Assembly: GCF_009914755.1 (NCBI RefSeq)
Contig: NC_060934.1
Direction: 5' to 3' (one strand)
DNA from: the human T2T-CHM13v2.0 reference genome, Homo sapiens
Length of the DNA stretch: 64,000 nt
Below the pieces are notes generated by a model. The model was given only the letters and a program-made list of their open reading frames with translations, was not told the DNA's origin and did no database searches. Shown here piece by piece: positions 1-15,869 of this stretch. The stretch's first letter is position 1; the number at the start of each line of letters is the position of its first letter. A program made the translations under genes and the position numbers.

Positions 1-456
1 TCTAATGGGATGCATTAAAGACTCATTGACTAAAGACTATCTGGGCTAATGTTTAGGAGTACCAAATGTAAGGTTGTTATGTTTATGATAAGCTTTTTTC
101 ATTTCATCAAGTATGGATATAAGAATATAATAGAAAATATACTGAGTTCTTTTGCTCTTAGGCTGCTGAAATCTCTAATTAGTATGAACTAAATTTGTTT
201 GGAGAGAAAAGAAACAAATTTACTAGTAAAGCATTTACTTGCTGAAAATTGCACTTCTTAAAAACAGTTTTCAAAAATTCTAACCAGAGGTCACCCAAAA
301 GATAAGATATTTCATATTGTTCAGAACAGTCCGGTGTTTTTATCTGTTATCTGTGACTTAAAACTAAGTTTGAATAATTCCTGTTGATAATCGGATTCTG
401 CAGGAATGACTGTTCTCTCAGCACCTTGATAGGTATTGACCTTTGATGCTTAAGTG

Positions 457-768
457 GTTTTTTCTTTTTTTTTTTTTTTTTTTGAGACGGAGTTTCGCTC
501 TTGCTGCCCAGGCTAGAGGGCAATGGTGTGAACTCAGTTCACTGCCACCTCCGCCTCCCAGGCTCAAACAATTCTCCCGCCTCAGCCTCCTGAGTAGCTG
601 GAATTACAGGCATGCACCACCACGCCCGATTAATTTTTTTTTTTTTGCATTTTTAATACAGACAGGGTTTCACAACATTGGCCAGGCTGGTCTCAAACTC
701 CTGACCTCAAGTGATCTGCCCACCTCGGCCTTCCAACGTACTGGGATTATAGGCGTGGATCACCACCC
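457..768 (-). mobile_element. AluS-type element
   Basis: Poly-T followed by the reverse-complement Alu body. Confidence 0.9.
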
Positions 769-1912
769 ATTAACATTTTGGACAAGTACCAAGCTTTGCA
801 TGAAATGCTTTTTAAGGTGGACCACGCTTTAATGGTGTAATAAGAGTTAGTATTTAAATCAGATTTGTTGATACAGTTATTCCACTTCTAGAAATTTAAC
901 CTAAAGCAATGCAATGCCATTTATAATAATAATAAAATAGTGAACAATTGTTAACAATGGGGAGATGGATAAATTATTGTATAGTCATACAATGGAATGT
1001 TTTAAAACTATCTTTTCAAAAGATATTTAATAGCATTAGACAGGACTCATGCAATAATGTTAAGCAAAATGATACAGAATTATGTATGATGTGATTTCTC
1101 TTTATAGAAAATTTTGTGTGTGAGAGAAATATAACAAATTATAAGGAGTGATCCTTTAGGGATTAGTTTTCAAATTTTCTGTTCTTCAGTGAATATATAT
1201 TGCTTCTATATATTTGGCTTTTTATTATAGAGAGACTTAATTATAAAAGATTCAAACCATGCAGAAACTTGCAGACTAAAAACCCTAAAAATCCTTCCTC
1301 TGTCCCCGACCTAGAGAAATGGAGACCAATTCATCAATTTGTTTTTATATGGATTTTGTTTTTGGTGTCACATCTAAGAGATCTTTACCTAACCCAGGTC
1401 AGAAAGATTTTCTCCTAGAAATTTTCTAGTCTTAGGTTTTATGTTAGGTCTATGATCCATTTTCAGTTAATTCTTATATGTGGTAGAAGTATGAATTGAG
1501 GTTTTTACATATGGGTATCCATTTGTTCCAGCATCATTTAATGAAAAGACTGTGTTTTCTCCACTGAATTGCCTTTGCACATTTGTAGAAAATCAGATAT
1601 CTATATATGTATAGGTTTGTTTCTGGACTCTATATTCTGTTTCCTTGATTTATGTTAACACCACTTTGTCTTGATTTGAGTACTGAGATAGGCAGAAGTC
1701 CCCGGGTTCAAGCAATTCTCCTGCCTTAGCCTCCTGATTAGCTGGGACTACAGGCAAGCACCACCAAGCCGGGCTAATTTTTGTGTTTTTAGTAGAGACA
1801 GGGTTTTGCCATATTGGCCAGGCTGGTCTCGAACTCCTAACCCCAAGTGATCCACCCGCCTCTGCCTCCCAAAGTACTGGGATTACAGGCTTGAGCCACC
1901 CCGCCCTGTCAA

Positions 1913-2228
1913 GATACAGAATTCTAAAATGACTCCTAATGACCTATGCTTTTGTATAATGGGAGGGACCTGTAATCCCACCTAATCATGGGATATCACT
2001 CCCATGGTGACTAAGAAAGGGAGATTATCCTCAGTGGACCTGATCTAATCAGACAAACCCTTAAAAGGGACTGGGCTTTTCCTGGAGAAATAATCCAAGT
2101 ACAAGGGAAGGGAATTCAACACAGAAGAAGCTGCTGATTTTTGGGAAAAGAGGAGGCCATGCAGTAAAGAATTCGAGTGGTCGGTAAGCTTACGGTAATT
2201 TGTTACAAAGCAATAGAAAACAAATACA
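1913..2228 (+). mobile_element. MLT1-type MaLR LTR remnant
   Basis: gggagattatcct..tggacctgatctaatca..cccttaaaag, with the terminus aatttgttacaaagcaatagaaaacaaataca. Confidence 0.7.
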
Positions 2229-2696
2229 GGTAGTTGTATAATAAGTGTTTAAATCAGCTGTTTATGAAATGTATCAATATCTACAAAATTAAAGGCCCGT
2301 TGGGATTTTGATTGGAATTGGGTTGAATGTGCAGATAAGTTTGGGGAAAATTGTCCTCTTAACAGTATTGATTCTTCTGACCTACTCATTTCTCATTTTT
2401 AGGTGTTCGTCTTAGCAGTGTTTTTTGTTGTTTTCAGCATATAGGTCTTGCCCATGTTTTGTCAGATTTATCCCTGAGTATTTAATATTTTTTATGCTAT
2501 TATAAATGGTATTTTATACATTTTAATTTTTGATTGTTTGTTGCTAGTATATGGAAATACAATTGATGGCTGGGTGTGATAGCTCACGCCTGTAATCCCA
2601 CACTTTGGGAGGCTGAGGCAGGTGAATCTCCTGAGCTCAGGAGTTCGAGATGGGTCTGGGCAACATAGCAAAACCCTGTTTCTACCAAAAATATTA

Positions 2697-2963
<267 letters not shown>

Positions 2964-2987
2964 CTATTGAATTTTCAACATAAATAA

Positions 2988-3379
<392 letters not shown>

Positions 3380-3940
3380 TGACCAGAACTTCTGATGTTT
3401 TGTAGAAGTGGTGAGAGTGACGGTCTTGCCTTGCATCTTTTTTTTTTCCTTACACTTGCTTTTTAAAAAAATTTTATTTTTATTTTTGTTTTTGAGAAAG
3501 AGTCTCACTCTGTTGCCCAGGTGGCTCACTGCAGCCTCCACCTTCTGGGTTCAAGCAATTCTCCTGCCTCAGCCTTCTGAGTACCTGGGATTGCAGGCAC
3601 CCACCACCATGCCTGGCTAATTTTTGTATTTTTAGTAGAGATGGGGTTTCACCATGTTAGCCAGGCTGGTCTTAAACTCCTGACCTGAGGTGATCCGCCT
3701 GTCTCAGCTTCCCAAAGTGCTGGGATTACAGGCATGAGCCAACATGCCCAGCCTTTGTTATTGATTTCTGCCCTCATCATTATTATTTCCTTCTGCTTTG
3801 GGTTTAATTTTCTCTTTAGCTTCTTGGTGGTATTATTTTAGCTGATATTAGTGGATTTCCATTTCTCCCAACCTTTGTGCTATTGTTAACATATGTTTTA
3901 CATATGTTATAAATCCCACAGTACATTGCTTTTTGTTTAA

Positions 3941-4221
<281 letters not shown>

Positions 4222-4326
4222 TGAGCCACCACCCGGCCTAAATTATCTTTTAAAGAAACTTAAGGCCGGGTGCAGTGCCTCCCATCACTTTGGGAGGCCG
4301 AGGCAGGCAGATTACCTGAGGTCAGG

Positions 4327-4617
4327 AGTCTTGAAAAACCAAACAAAACATCAATACAAATGAATATCCTTCTATCCTGAAGGACAAATGAATGAGGGCA
4401 GCATCCTCTTCCTTTTCCCACAATGTAATAATTCTTGATTTGAGTGTTTATCATGGCCTTATAAGTGCATTGTTGGCTATTAAAAACTTTCTGTGCTTCC
4501 TTACAACAAGCAAAGTTAAAAGCTGGTACTGCGGCTGGGCGCGGTGGCTCACGCCTGTAATCCCAGCACTTTGGGAGGCCGAGGCGGGTGGATCACAAGG
4601 TCAGGAGATCAAGACCA
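4327..4617 (-). repeat. 291-bp inverted duplicate of 10069-10359 (206 bp non-Alu sequence + 85 bp Alu head)
   Basis: Reverse-complement match with about 4 mismatches by eye. The ORF track shows the same peptide (SSSFSHNVIILDLSVYHGLI) at 4392+ and 10294-. Confidence 0.95.
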
Positions 4618-5465
4618 GCCTGGCCAACATGGTGAAATCTCGTCTTTACTAAAAATACAAAAATTAGCCTGGTGCAGTGGCACGGGCCCATAATCCCAGC
4701 TACTGGGGAGGCTGAGGCAGGAGAATCTCTTGAACCCAGAGGCAGAGGTTGCAGTGAGCCTAGGTCATGCCACTGCACTCCAGGCTGGGTGATAGAGTGA
4801 GACTCTGTCTCATAAATAAATAAACTAACTAACTTAAATAGTAAGAAAAAATGTATATATTTATGCATGTGGCTACCATTTTGGTGTTCATTTCTTTGTG
4901 TAGATTCATATTTTGGTATGGTAACATTTTCTTTCTGCTTGAAGGACCTTAAATTTTTGTAGTGCATGTCTGCTGGTGATGAAATCAGCTTTTGTGTGTC
5001 TGAACAAGTATTTGCCTTTGCTTGTGAATGATATTTCACTGGGCCTACGGTTTTAGGTTGTTGTTTTTTTTTTCTTTCAGTACTTTATGTTGTTTCACTG
5101 TATTCTAGCTTGGCTTGAGCCCAGTAAGAAATCTCTTATCATTCTTACCTTTGTTCCTAATGTGTCTGTTTTCTCTTTTTGCTTTTAAGATTTTCTCATT
5201 GTCACTGTTTTTAAGTAATTTGATTTTGGTATGCCTTGGTATAGCTTTCTTCTTGTTTCTTATTTTTGGAGTTTGTTAAGCTTCTTGGATACACATGTTT
5301 ATGGTTTTCACCAAATTTGGAAAATTTTTGGCCATTGTTACTTCAAATATTTTTTCTGTTCTCTCTTGTCTTTTGGAAGCTGTTTGATGTTGTTCCACCT
5401 CTCACTGATGTTCTTTCTTTGGTGTGTTTGTGTGTGTGGTAAAATATATACAACCAAATTTATAA

Positions 5466-5702
<237 letters not shown>

Positions 5703-7118
5703 TGACCTCGTGATCCGCCTACCTCGGCCTCCCAAAGTGCTGGGATTACAGGCGTGAGCCACTGCTCCCGGCTGAAATGATTTTTTTATATAGTTCAGTG
5801 GCATTAAGTACATTTACTGTGTTGTGCAACCATTATCACCATCCATCTTTAGAACTTTTAAAAAATCTTCCCAAACTGAAATTCTATACCTATTAAAAAA
5901 TGACTCATTCTCCCTGCTCCCAGTCCCTGACAGCCACCATTCTACTTTCTGTTTCTGTGAATTTCACTACTCTAGTTACCTCGTATAAGTGGAATCATAC
6001 AGTATTTGTCCTTTTGTGACTGGCTTATTTCACTTAGTATAATGTCTTTAAGGCTCATCCATGTTGTAGCATGCGTCAGAACTTCCTTCCTTTTTAAGGC
6101 TGAATAATAGTCTCTTTTTTAAAGTTCTCTTTTTTTTCTGTGTTTTATTTTGAAAAGTTTCTTTTCTTTTCATTGTTTTTTTGAGACAGGCTCTTGCTCT
6201 GTTGCCCAGGCTGGAGTGCAGTGGCGCGATCTCAGTCCACTGCAGCCTTGAACTCCTGGGCTTAGGTGACCTTCTTGCCTGAGCCTCTGAGTAGCTGGGA
6301 CTACAAGCATGGGCAACCATGTCTGGCTAATTTTAAAAAATTATTTATAGAGACGAGGTCTCACTATGTTGCCCAGGCAGGTCTTGAACTCATAGGCTTA
6401 AGCAATCCTCCCACCTCAGCCTCCCAAAGTGTTGGGATTGCAACCAGCGCCCTTGAATTGTTTCTATTGTTACTTAGTTACATTTATTGCTCTTACCTTC
6501 TGCAGTGGCTCAGCAGCTGTTAGTCCCATCCAGGGTATTTTTCATCTCAGATTATTTCATTTTATCTCTAGAACTTGGAGTTGCGTTAGTCTTTTTTTAC
6601 TTATCTATTTCCTTTTTTGTTGAGATGGTGCAGGGGCAGGGGACATCTCCCTTTGTTGCTCAGGCTGACCTTGAACTCCTGGCCGCAAGGGATCCTCCTG
6701 CCTTGCCTCCCAAAGTGCAGGGATTACAGGCGTGAGCCACCACCTGGCCATTATGTGTCTATTTCTTCATTTAACTTTTTGGACAAATGTAATACACAAT
6801 TATCATAACTGAGTTAATTTCCTTATCTGCTAATTTTATTAAATGTGTCAGTTCTTGATTGATTGATTCTTCTCCTCATTATAAGTGATACTTTCCTGCT
6901 TCTTTGCATGCCTGACAATCTTTGAATAGATTCCAGACATTATGAATTAGTTGTTGGACATTATGAATTCATTGTTGGGCTCTAGATACTTTGGTATTTC
7001 TATTAATATTCTTGAGCTTTTTGTGGGATGCTGTTCAACTACTTGAACAGAGTTTGATCCTTTTGAGTCTTCCTTTTAAGATTTGTTAGGATGAACCCAG
7101 AGACATGTTTAGTCAAGG

Positions 7119-7308
7119 GTAGGGTTTCTCAATAGCAGCACCATGGCATTTGGGGCCAAATAATTCTTTGTTGGGGGAGGGGATAGTCCTGTGCATTATA
7201 GAATGTTTAACATCATTCCCCCCCAAAGTTGTAACAACCAAAAATGTCTTCAGACATTGCCAAATGTTCCAGGAAGTGGGGAGGATTGCCCGCAGTTGAG
7301 AGTTGCTG
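7119..7308 (-). mobile_element. MER20 (hAT-Charlie) DNA transposon
   Basis: acaaccaaaaatgtcttcagacattgccaaatg core with ..ttctcaa / ttgaga.. TIR remnants. Confidence 0.8.
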
Positions 7309-7660
7309 CCTTAGGGTTAGTTTTGCCTTACTACTATGGCAAGATCTTTCTGTGTACTCTACCCAAAGCTGTTCATGAGACCTTTTTTCAATCTGGCTCT
7401 TTGGAATAGGTACTTTTCTTGGCCTCATGTGAGTGCTGGGAATTCATTTGGGTGGTCTTTCCTTGGTCTTGGTTAGTTTCCTTACATACATGTGCTGATA
7501 GGCATTCAGCTAAATATTCAAGAGAGACCCGCAGATCTCTGGAGTTCTTGTCTGTGTATCTCGTCTCCAGTATTGTGCCCCATAAACACTAGCCATCTTG
7601 ATTGCCCCAAACTCTCAGCTCCATCTCTTCAACTCAGTGAGCCTGCCAGGCCTCACATGA

Positions 7661-8028
<368 letters not shown>

Positions 8029-9798
8029 TGATCCGCCCACCTCAGCCTCCCTAAGTGCTAGGATTACAGGCGTGAGCCACCGCACCTGGCTGAAACTTTT
8101 TTTTCCCCATATATTTTGTTTGTTTTTTGGTTGTTTCAGGTCAGAGGATAAATCTGGTTCTTGTTAGTAAATCTTGGTCAGAAGCACATGTCCTTTAACA
8201 GATCATTTATTTGTATTAATTATTGATAAAAGCTGAATTCTTAAACATTTACTAATCTAATTTCCTTATTTTATCAATTTGTATTTATCATTCAAAGTCT
8301 CCTGTTCCCTGTAATTCCTTTGGTACAACATAAATATTAAATTGGCCCTAAAGCTTTTTATCATCTTTTAATATACCTCTTTCATGCAGGCTTTCACAGG
8401 GTTAGCTAAGTAGTGATTTAGTATGGGCCTCTTAACTATTATATAGTAGCATACAATTAAAGGGCATGCACTGACCTGATAAAGCAGAACAGTGAAATGT
8501 GTCATGCTTTTAGGGCATTCCCACAGCAGGCTCAAAGACTTCCAAGAGACTTCCACGTATAACTTATATTTTCTAGCAGCTAAAACGTCAGCATCAAAGC
8601 CTATTAGCCTGATTGAGGTTGTAAAGAACTGGTGAGCTAAGACAGTGGAAAAAAACATATAAAAGAAGAGAAGAATCATTTTGAACAGAGTATGAGAGGA
8701 AACTGTCCTAACGAATAATGCTACAAGAATGGGAGTGACATGGAACCCATTGGTGGTAAGCTGTTAGAGAAAGGGGAATGTTAACAGACTAGAAATAATG
8801 TGACTGAAGAAATCTGGCCTTGTATTTTTTATTTATTTTTTTTTATTTTTGAGACGGAGTCTTACTGTGTTGCCCAGGCTGGAGTGCCGTGGTGTGATCT
8901 CTACTAACTGCAACCTTTGCCTGCCAGGTTCAAGCGGTTCTCTGCCTCAACCTCCCTAGTAGCTGAGATTACAGGCGCCCGCCACCATGCCTGGCTAATT
9001 TTTTTGCATTTTTAGTAGAGACGGGGTTTCACCATCTTGGCCAGGTTGGTCTTGAACTCATGACCTCGTGATCCACCCGTCTCAGCCTCCCAAAGTGCTG
9101 GGATAGGCGTGAGCCACCATGCCCGGCTGGCTTTGTTTTATGTGAAGGAAACTTGTCTCTCAGATTTGCTATATCATAACCACTACAGAGATTATAGCAT
9201 GTGCTTGTTGGATATCCAAGGATGAAGTAATTTAGTCAGAGATACTTTGGGTAAAAGAAGATATGTATAGTAGGTAGGGTGAAAGCATCTAGTTATCCAT
9301 GTGAACTAAAACAGCAAAATCATATTTCTAATGGAATTGTATATATGATATAATAAATGATATAAAATAATATAATAAATGTATAAGTTCCATGTGTTAA
9401 AGTGAATAAATCATAATTCTTTGACATTTGAGGTGGTGATGATATGCTACAGCTAAAAAGAGTTAAGAGTTTTTGTTATTCCATAATGCATAAGAATTAG
9501 ACAACTTTGTAAAAAATACAGACTCCTTGTAAATGGATGTTATAATAATTTTCAAAGACAGGGAAACTATGTGGGTCAATAATATAAGTTCTTTTGTGAA
9601 ACAAAATATGACTTAAGTCTTCCAAAAATTACGATTGCTTTTAGTAATAAAGAAATAAATACTTAATGTTTAACTGACACTTCCCTGACATTCATCTGTG
9701 GGTGGATTTTATCAAGCTTATTTCTTGTTTTCTAAATAGTTTTGATGATATAAATGGTGCTCATGTAGTTAGTGTCTGCCTTTGCCAAGTTACTGTAA

Positions 9799-10153
<355 letters not shown>

Positions 10154-11531
10154 GCAGTACCAGCTTTTAACTTTGCTTGTTGTAAGGAAGCACAGAAAGT
10201 TTTTCATAGCCAACAATGCATTTATAAGGCCATGATAAACACTCAAATCAAGAATTATTACATTGTGGGAAAAGGAAGAGGATGCTGTCCTCATTCATTT
10301 GTCCTTCAGGATAGAAGGATATTCATTTGTATTGATGTTTTGTTTGGTTTTTCAAGACTTTGAAAATAAAGTTTAATCTAACATATATAGAGAAAAGTAT
10401 AGATCACAATTATACAGCTTGATGAATTTTCACAAAAGGAACAAACTCATGTAACTAATATGCAGATTTTTAAAAAAGAACATTTGTATTAGAACAGTTT
10501 TTCTTTTTTCAAGCTGGGTAATAGGCACATAGGTGTTCGTTGTATCATTTTATTCTTTTATGCTTTGAAGTTTGCCTACCATTTTTAAAAAATTATCTCA
10601 GGTGGAAATACAATCTTCAGAGGTCTGGAAAGTGTCAGAAAACCTACAGGCTTTAATAGTTGAGAAAGTACTTTTGAGAAATAGTGTTTTTTTCCATGTA
10701 GGCCTTTGTCTCCTATGTATCTGATATACTTTATAAACCTGAGAAGGCCCAAGTAACTGAATGTTTTACAATAAAAGAAGAACATAAATAGAGCTGTGTG
10801 AAATCAAAGTAGTAAAAATTATTGGTACTTTTTAAAACATAGCACCTTATTGGCCTTTTATTCTGCAGTATAAAGTCTGGGTCATCAAATTTGTGAGTAC
10901 ATGGAAATGACAGTTTTCTTTTAAAAATTTTATTGCTAAAGTCCGTGATAGTTTAAGAATAAAATGCCCTATTCAGTTCTATAATGTAATATTCAAAGCT
11001 GTAGAAAGAACTGAGTTATTATTGAGATTCAAATATATGTCTAGTTTAAAGGCTTCATATCTGTTATAGAAATCATTATGTGTGCAGTAGTTAGAAATAC
11101 GCTTAATCTAAAGGGTTCCCTGGAATTACAGTTATCTACTTTCCTTTATGTTTATTTCCCCCCAGGTGGGGAGATACGTTTTCCATGAACATGGAGATTT
11201 CAGAAATCGGATTTTTTTCTCTTTTCTTTGATTTTTAAAAATATAATAAATCTTCCTATATTTCTTGATTTTATGAAAAGTATTAAAATGGGATTTTTCT
11301 CAGTTCTCGAGTAGGCTTTTTAATTAAATTGTGACTCATGCAGTGGAAAAGCCATTTGTAAAATGTCGTTCTGTAAAAATGTTTGGTTATTAAATTTTCT
11401 TCTGCTGTTGGAGTCATATGCATAAAATTATTAGTGTGTTAATCTATTGAAAACCATTCATTATTGAATAATTTTTGTTTCTTTTACTCTAGAAACCAAT
11501 AGGATAGTGTAGGTAAATTACTGTTTCTGGG

Positions 11532-11609
11532 GTGCGTGTGTGTATATACATATGTGTGCGTGTGTGTGTGTGTACATCTCTCTCTCTCTCTCTACATATA
11601 TATATATAT
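11532..11609. repeat. Compound (TG)n-(CT)n-(TA)n microsatellite at an antisense AluJ tail
   Basis: Visible dinucleotide runs. Confidence 0.9.
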
Positions 11610-11611
11610 AG

Positions 11612-11920
11612 TTTTTTGTTTTTTTTCTTTGAGACGATCTCCCTCTGTTGCCCAGGCTGGAGTGCAGTGGCACAACCATGGCGCACTGCAGCGTTGACCT
11701 CCCAGACTCAGGTGATCCTCCCACCTCAGCCTGCCAGGTAGCTGAGACTATAGGTGTCCCACCATGCCCAGGCTAAAATTTTTTTTTTTTTTTTTTTTGG
11801 TAGAGATAGGATCTTGCTACGTGGCCCAGGACTGGTCTCGAACTCCTGGGCTTAAGTGATCCTCCCAACTCAGCCTCCCAAAGTGCTGGGGATTGTAGGC
11901 ATGAGCCACTGCGCCTGGCC
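11612..11920 (-). mobile_element. AluJ-type element about 90 bp upstream of the exon 2 acceptor
   Basis: Reverse-complement Alu with J-type features (gatcctcccacctcagcc). Confidence 0.85.
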
Positions 11921-12026
11921 TGTTTCTGGTGTATTTATGTGTGTTTGTCTTTGAAGAAATTGTTAGGACATACTGAAGCTTTTGTTTTGTTTTCCTGTTT
12001 TCTCTCTACAGGCAGCGGAGGAGGAA

Positions 12027-12604
12027 ATGGCAGGTCCTAATCAACTCTGCATTCGCCGCTGGACTACCAAGCATGTAGCTGTGTGGCTGAAGGATGAAGG
12101 CTTTTTTGAATATGTGGACATTTTATGCAATAAGCACCGACTTGATGGAATCACATTGCTAACATTGACTGAATATGATCTCCGGTCTCCTCCTCTGGAA
12201 ATCAAAGTCTTAGGGGACATTAAAAGGTTAATGCTCTCAGTCCGAAAATTGCAGAAAATACATATTGATGTTTTAGAAGAGATGGGCTACAACAGTGACA
12301 GTCCCATGGGTTCCATGACCCCTTTCATCAGTGCTCTTCAGAGTACAGACTGGCTCTGTAATGGGGAGCTTTCCCATGACTGTGACGGACCCATAACTGA
12401 CTTGAATTCTGATCAGTACCAGTACATGAATGGTAAAAACAAACATTCTGTTCGAAGATTGGACCCAGAATACTGGAAGACTATACTGAGTTGTATATAT
12501 GTTTTTATAGTATTTGGATTTACATCTTTCATTATGGTTATAGTCCATGAGCGAGTGCCTGACATGCAGACCTATCCACCACTCCCAGATATATTCTTAG
12601 ACAG
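12027..12604 (+). CDS. SAMD8: SAMD8/SMSr first coding exon (exon 2; exon spans 12012-12604), aa 1-192: SAM domain, linker and TM1
   Basis: Pyrimidine tract plus ctacag|gcag acceptor at 12011/12012. Strong Kozak gaaATGg at 12027. Translation MAGPNQLCIRRWTTKHVAVWL...LGDIKRLMLSVRKLQ (SAM) ... HERVPDMQTYPPLPDIFLD (SMS-family PLPD motif). Donor AG|gtaagt at 12604, phase 2. Confidence 0.98.
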
Positions 12605-12833
12605 GTAAGTTTTGTTTCTAGTTGCTAAGTTTGTAGGATGTTGCTATAATTAACAGCAATGATACTATATTTATGATAATTATATTGTTTCTTATTGTGG
12701 TAGATGTATACTTTCCATTTGCTTTATCTGGCGGTATAAAATGCTTTGAAATTACCTTTTTCACTTAGAGTAAATTAGGCCTTAAGCCTAGGTGTGTGAG
12801 AAAAACCACTGCTCTTTTAATTTTTCAATTTAA

Positions 12834-13022
<189 letters not shown>

Positions 13023-13071
13023 TAAGTTTTTTGTAGAAATAGAGTCCCACCGTGTTGCCCAGGCTGGGTGA

Positions 13072-13568
<497 letters not shown>

Positions 13569-13737
13569 TGAAGAATAGGGTTCTGCTTTTTCAAAAATAT
13601 TGATGGTGTCATATCACCAAATGAATTGGAACTATCACAAAGAGGACAAGTGGATTCAGTGATAGCATGCTGTTTTATTAAATATTGAATACATAAAAAA
13701 ATGTAGTATATGTGTAACATATGAAAAATAAGAATAG

Positions 13738-14083
<346 letters not shown>

Positions 14084-14473
14084 TCATGCCTATAATCCCA
14101 GCACTTTGGGAGGCCCAGGTGGGAGGATTGCTTGAGTCCAGGAGTTCAAGACTAGCCTACAAGTTCAAGACTTGCAACATAGCAAGACCCCCATCTCTCC
14201 AAAAAATTAAAAATTAGCCAAGCATGATGGCACATGCCTGTAGTCCTAACTACTCAGGAGGCCAAGGTGGGAGGATCACTTGAGCCTAACAGGTTGAGGT
14301 TACAGTGAGCTATAGTTACACCACTGCACTCCAGCCTGGGCAGCACAGCGAGACCCTGCCTGTCTCCAACAACAATAATAATAATAAAACAGTAAACAAG
14401 TACTCAGAACTGTTTTCACATTTTTGATTTTTAAATCTTTTAAAAATTTGGGTATTACTTTCTTGTTTGTTAG

Positions 14474-14794
<321 letters not shown>

Positions 14795-15004
14795 TAAAAC
14801 ATTTTGCCCTTCTAAAAGTGCCTTTGCTGGGCATTAGGGCTCATACCTGTGATCCCAGCACTTCGAGAGGACGAGGCTGGTGGGATCACCTGAGGTCAGG
14901 AATTCGAGACCAGCCTGGCCAACATGGTGAAACCCCGTCTCTACTAAAAATACAAAAACTAGCTGGATGTGGTGGCGGACACCTGTAATTATCTCAGCTA
15001 CTCA

Positions 15005-15106
<102 letters not shown>

Positions 15107-15136
15107 TCAAAAAAAAAAATACATAAAGTAAAATAA

Positions 15137-15471
<335 letters not shown>

Positions 15472-15869
15472 TAGGCTGGTCTCGAACTCCTGACTCAAAT
15501 GATCCACCCACCTGGGCCTCCCAAAGTATAGGGATTACAGGTGTGAGCCACCATGCCCGGTGAGCTGTAGTAAAGAGTTTTTTGTTTTTGTTTTTTAAGT
15601 AAGCCCACAGGATGGATTGGATAAAATAGGAGAAAACAGCCATACATTTTTGGAAGTTGGAAGATGGATGGATGAGTGGCAATTGACAAACCCAAAATTA
15701 ACCTAATTATAAAATTTGAGCAATGGGGAAAACTGAGAACCAACCCCGTTTATATTGCAGATTTCTCCAAAGTAAGGAGAACTTACTGAAAGCTGTTTAA
15801 GAAGTTGTTATATCCGTGTATCTTGTCTCCCCTTCTATACAGTTTTTCCAACTGTAAACAGAAGACCAC

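Noticed and set aside
4392-4652. Twin 86-aa ORFs at 4392+ and 10294- as a duplicated gene
   Set aside because: They are a by-product of the inverted duplication, half Alu-derived, with no recognisable domain.
11140-11171. Recursive splice site (pyrimidine tract + cag|gtgggg)
   Set aside because: The reconstituted donor GTGGGG is weak and the site is under 1 kb from the true acceptor.
11982-12026. ORF-track N-terminal extension MFCFPVFSLQ
   Set aside because: It starts at a TTG within the intronic pyrimidine tract. The exon begins at 12012 and the ATG is at 12027.
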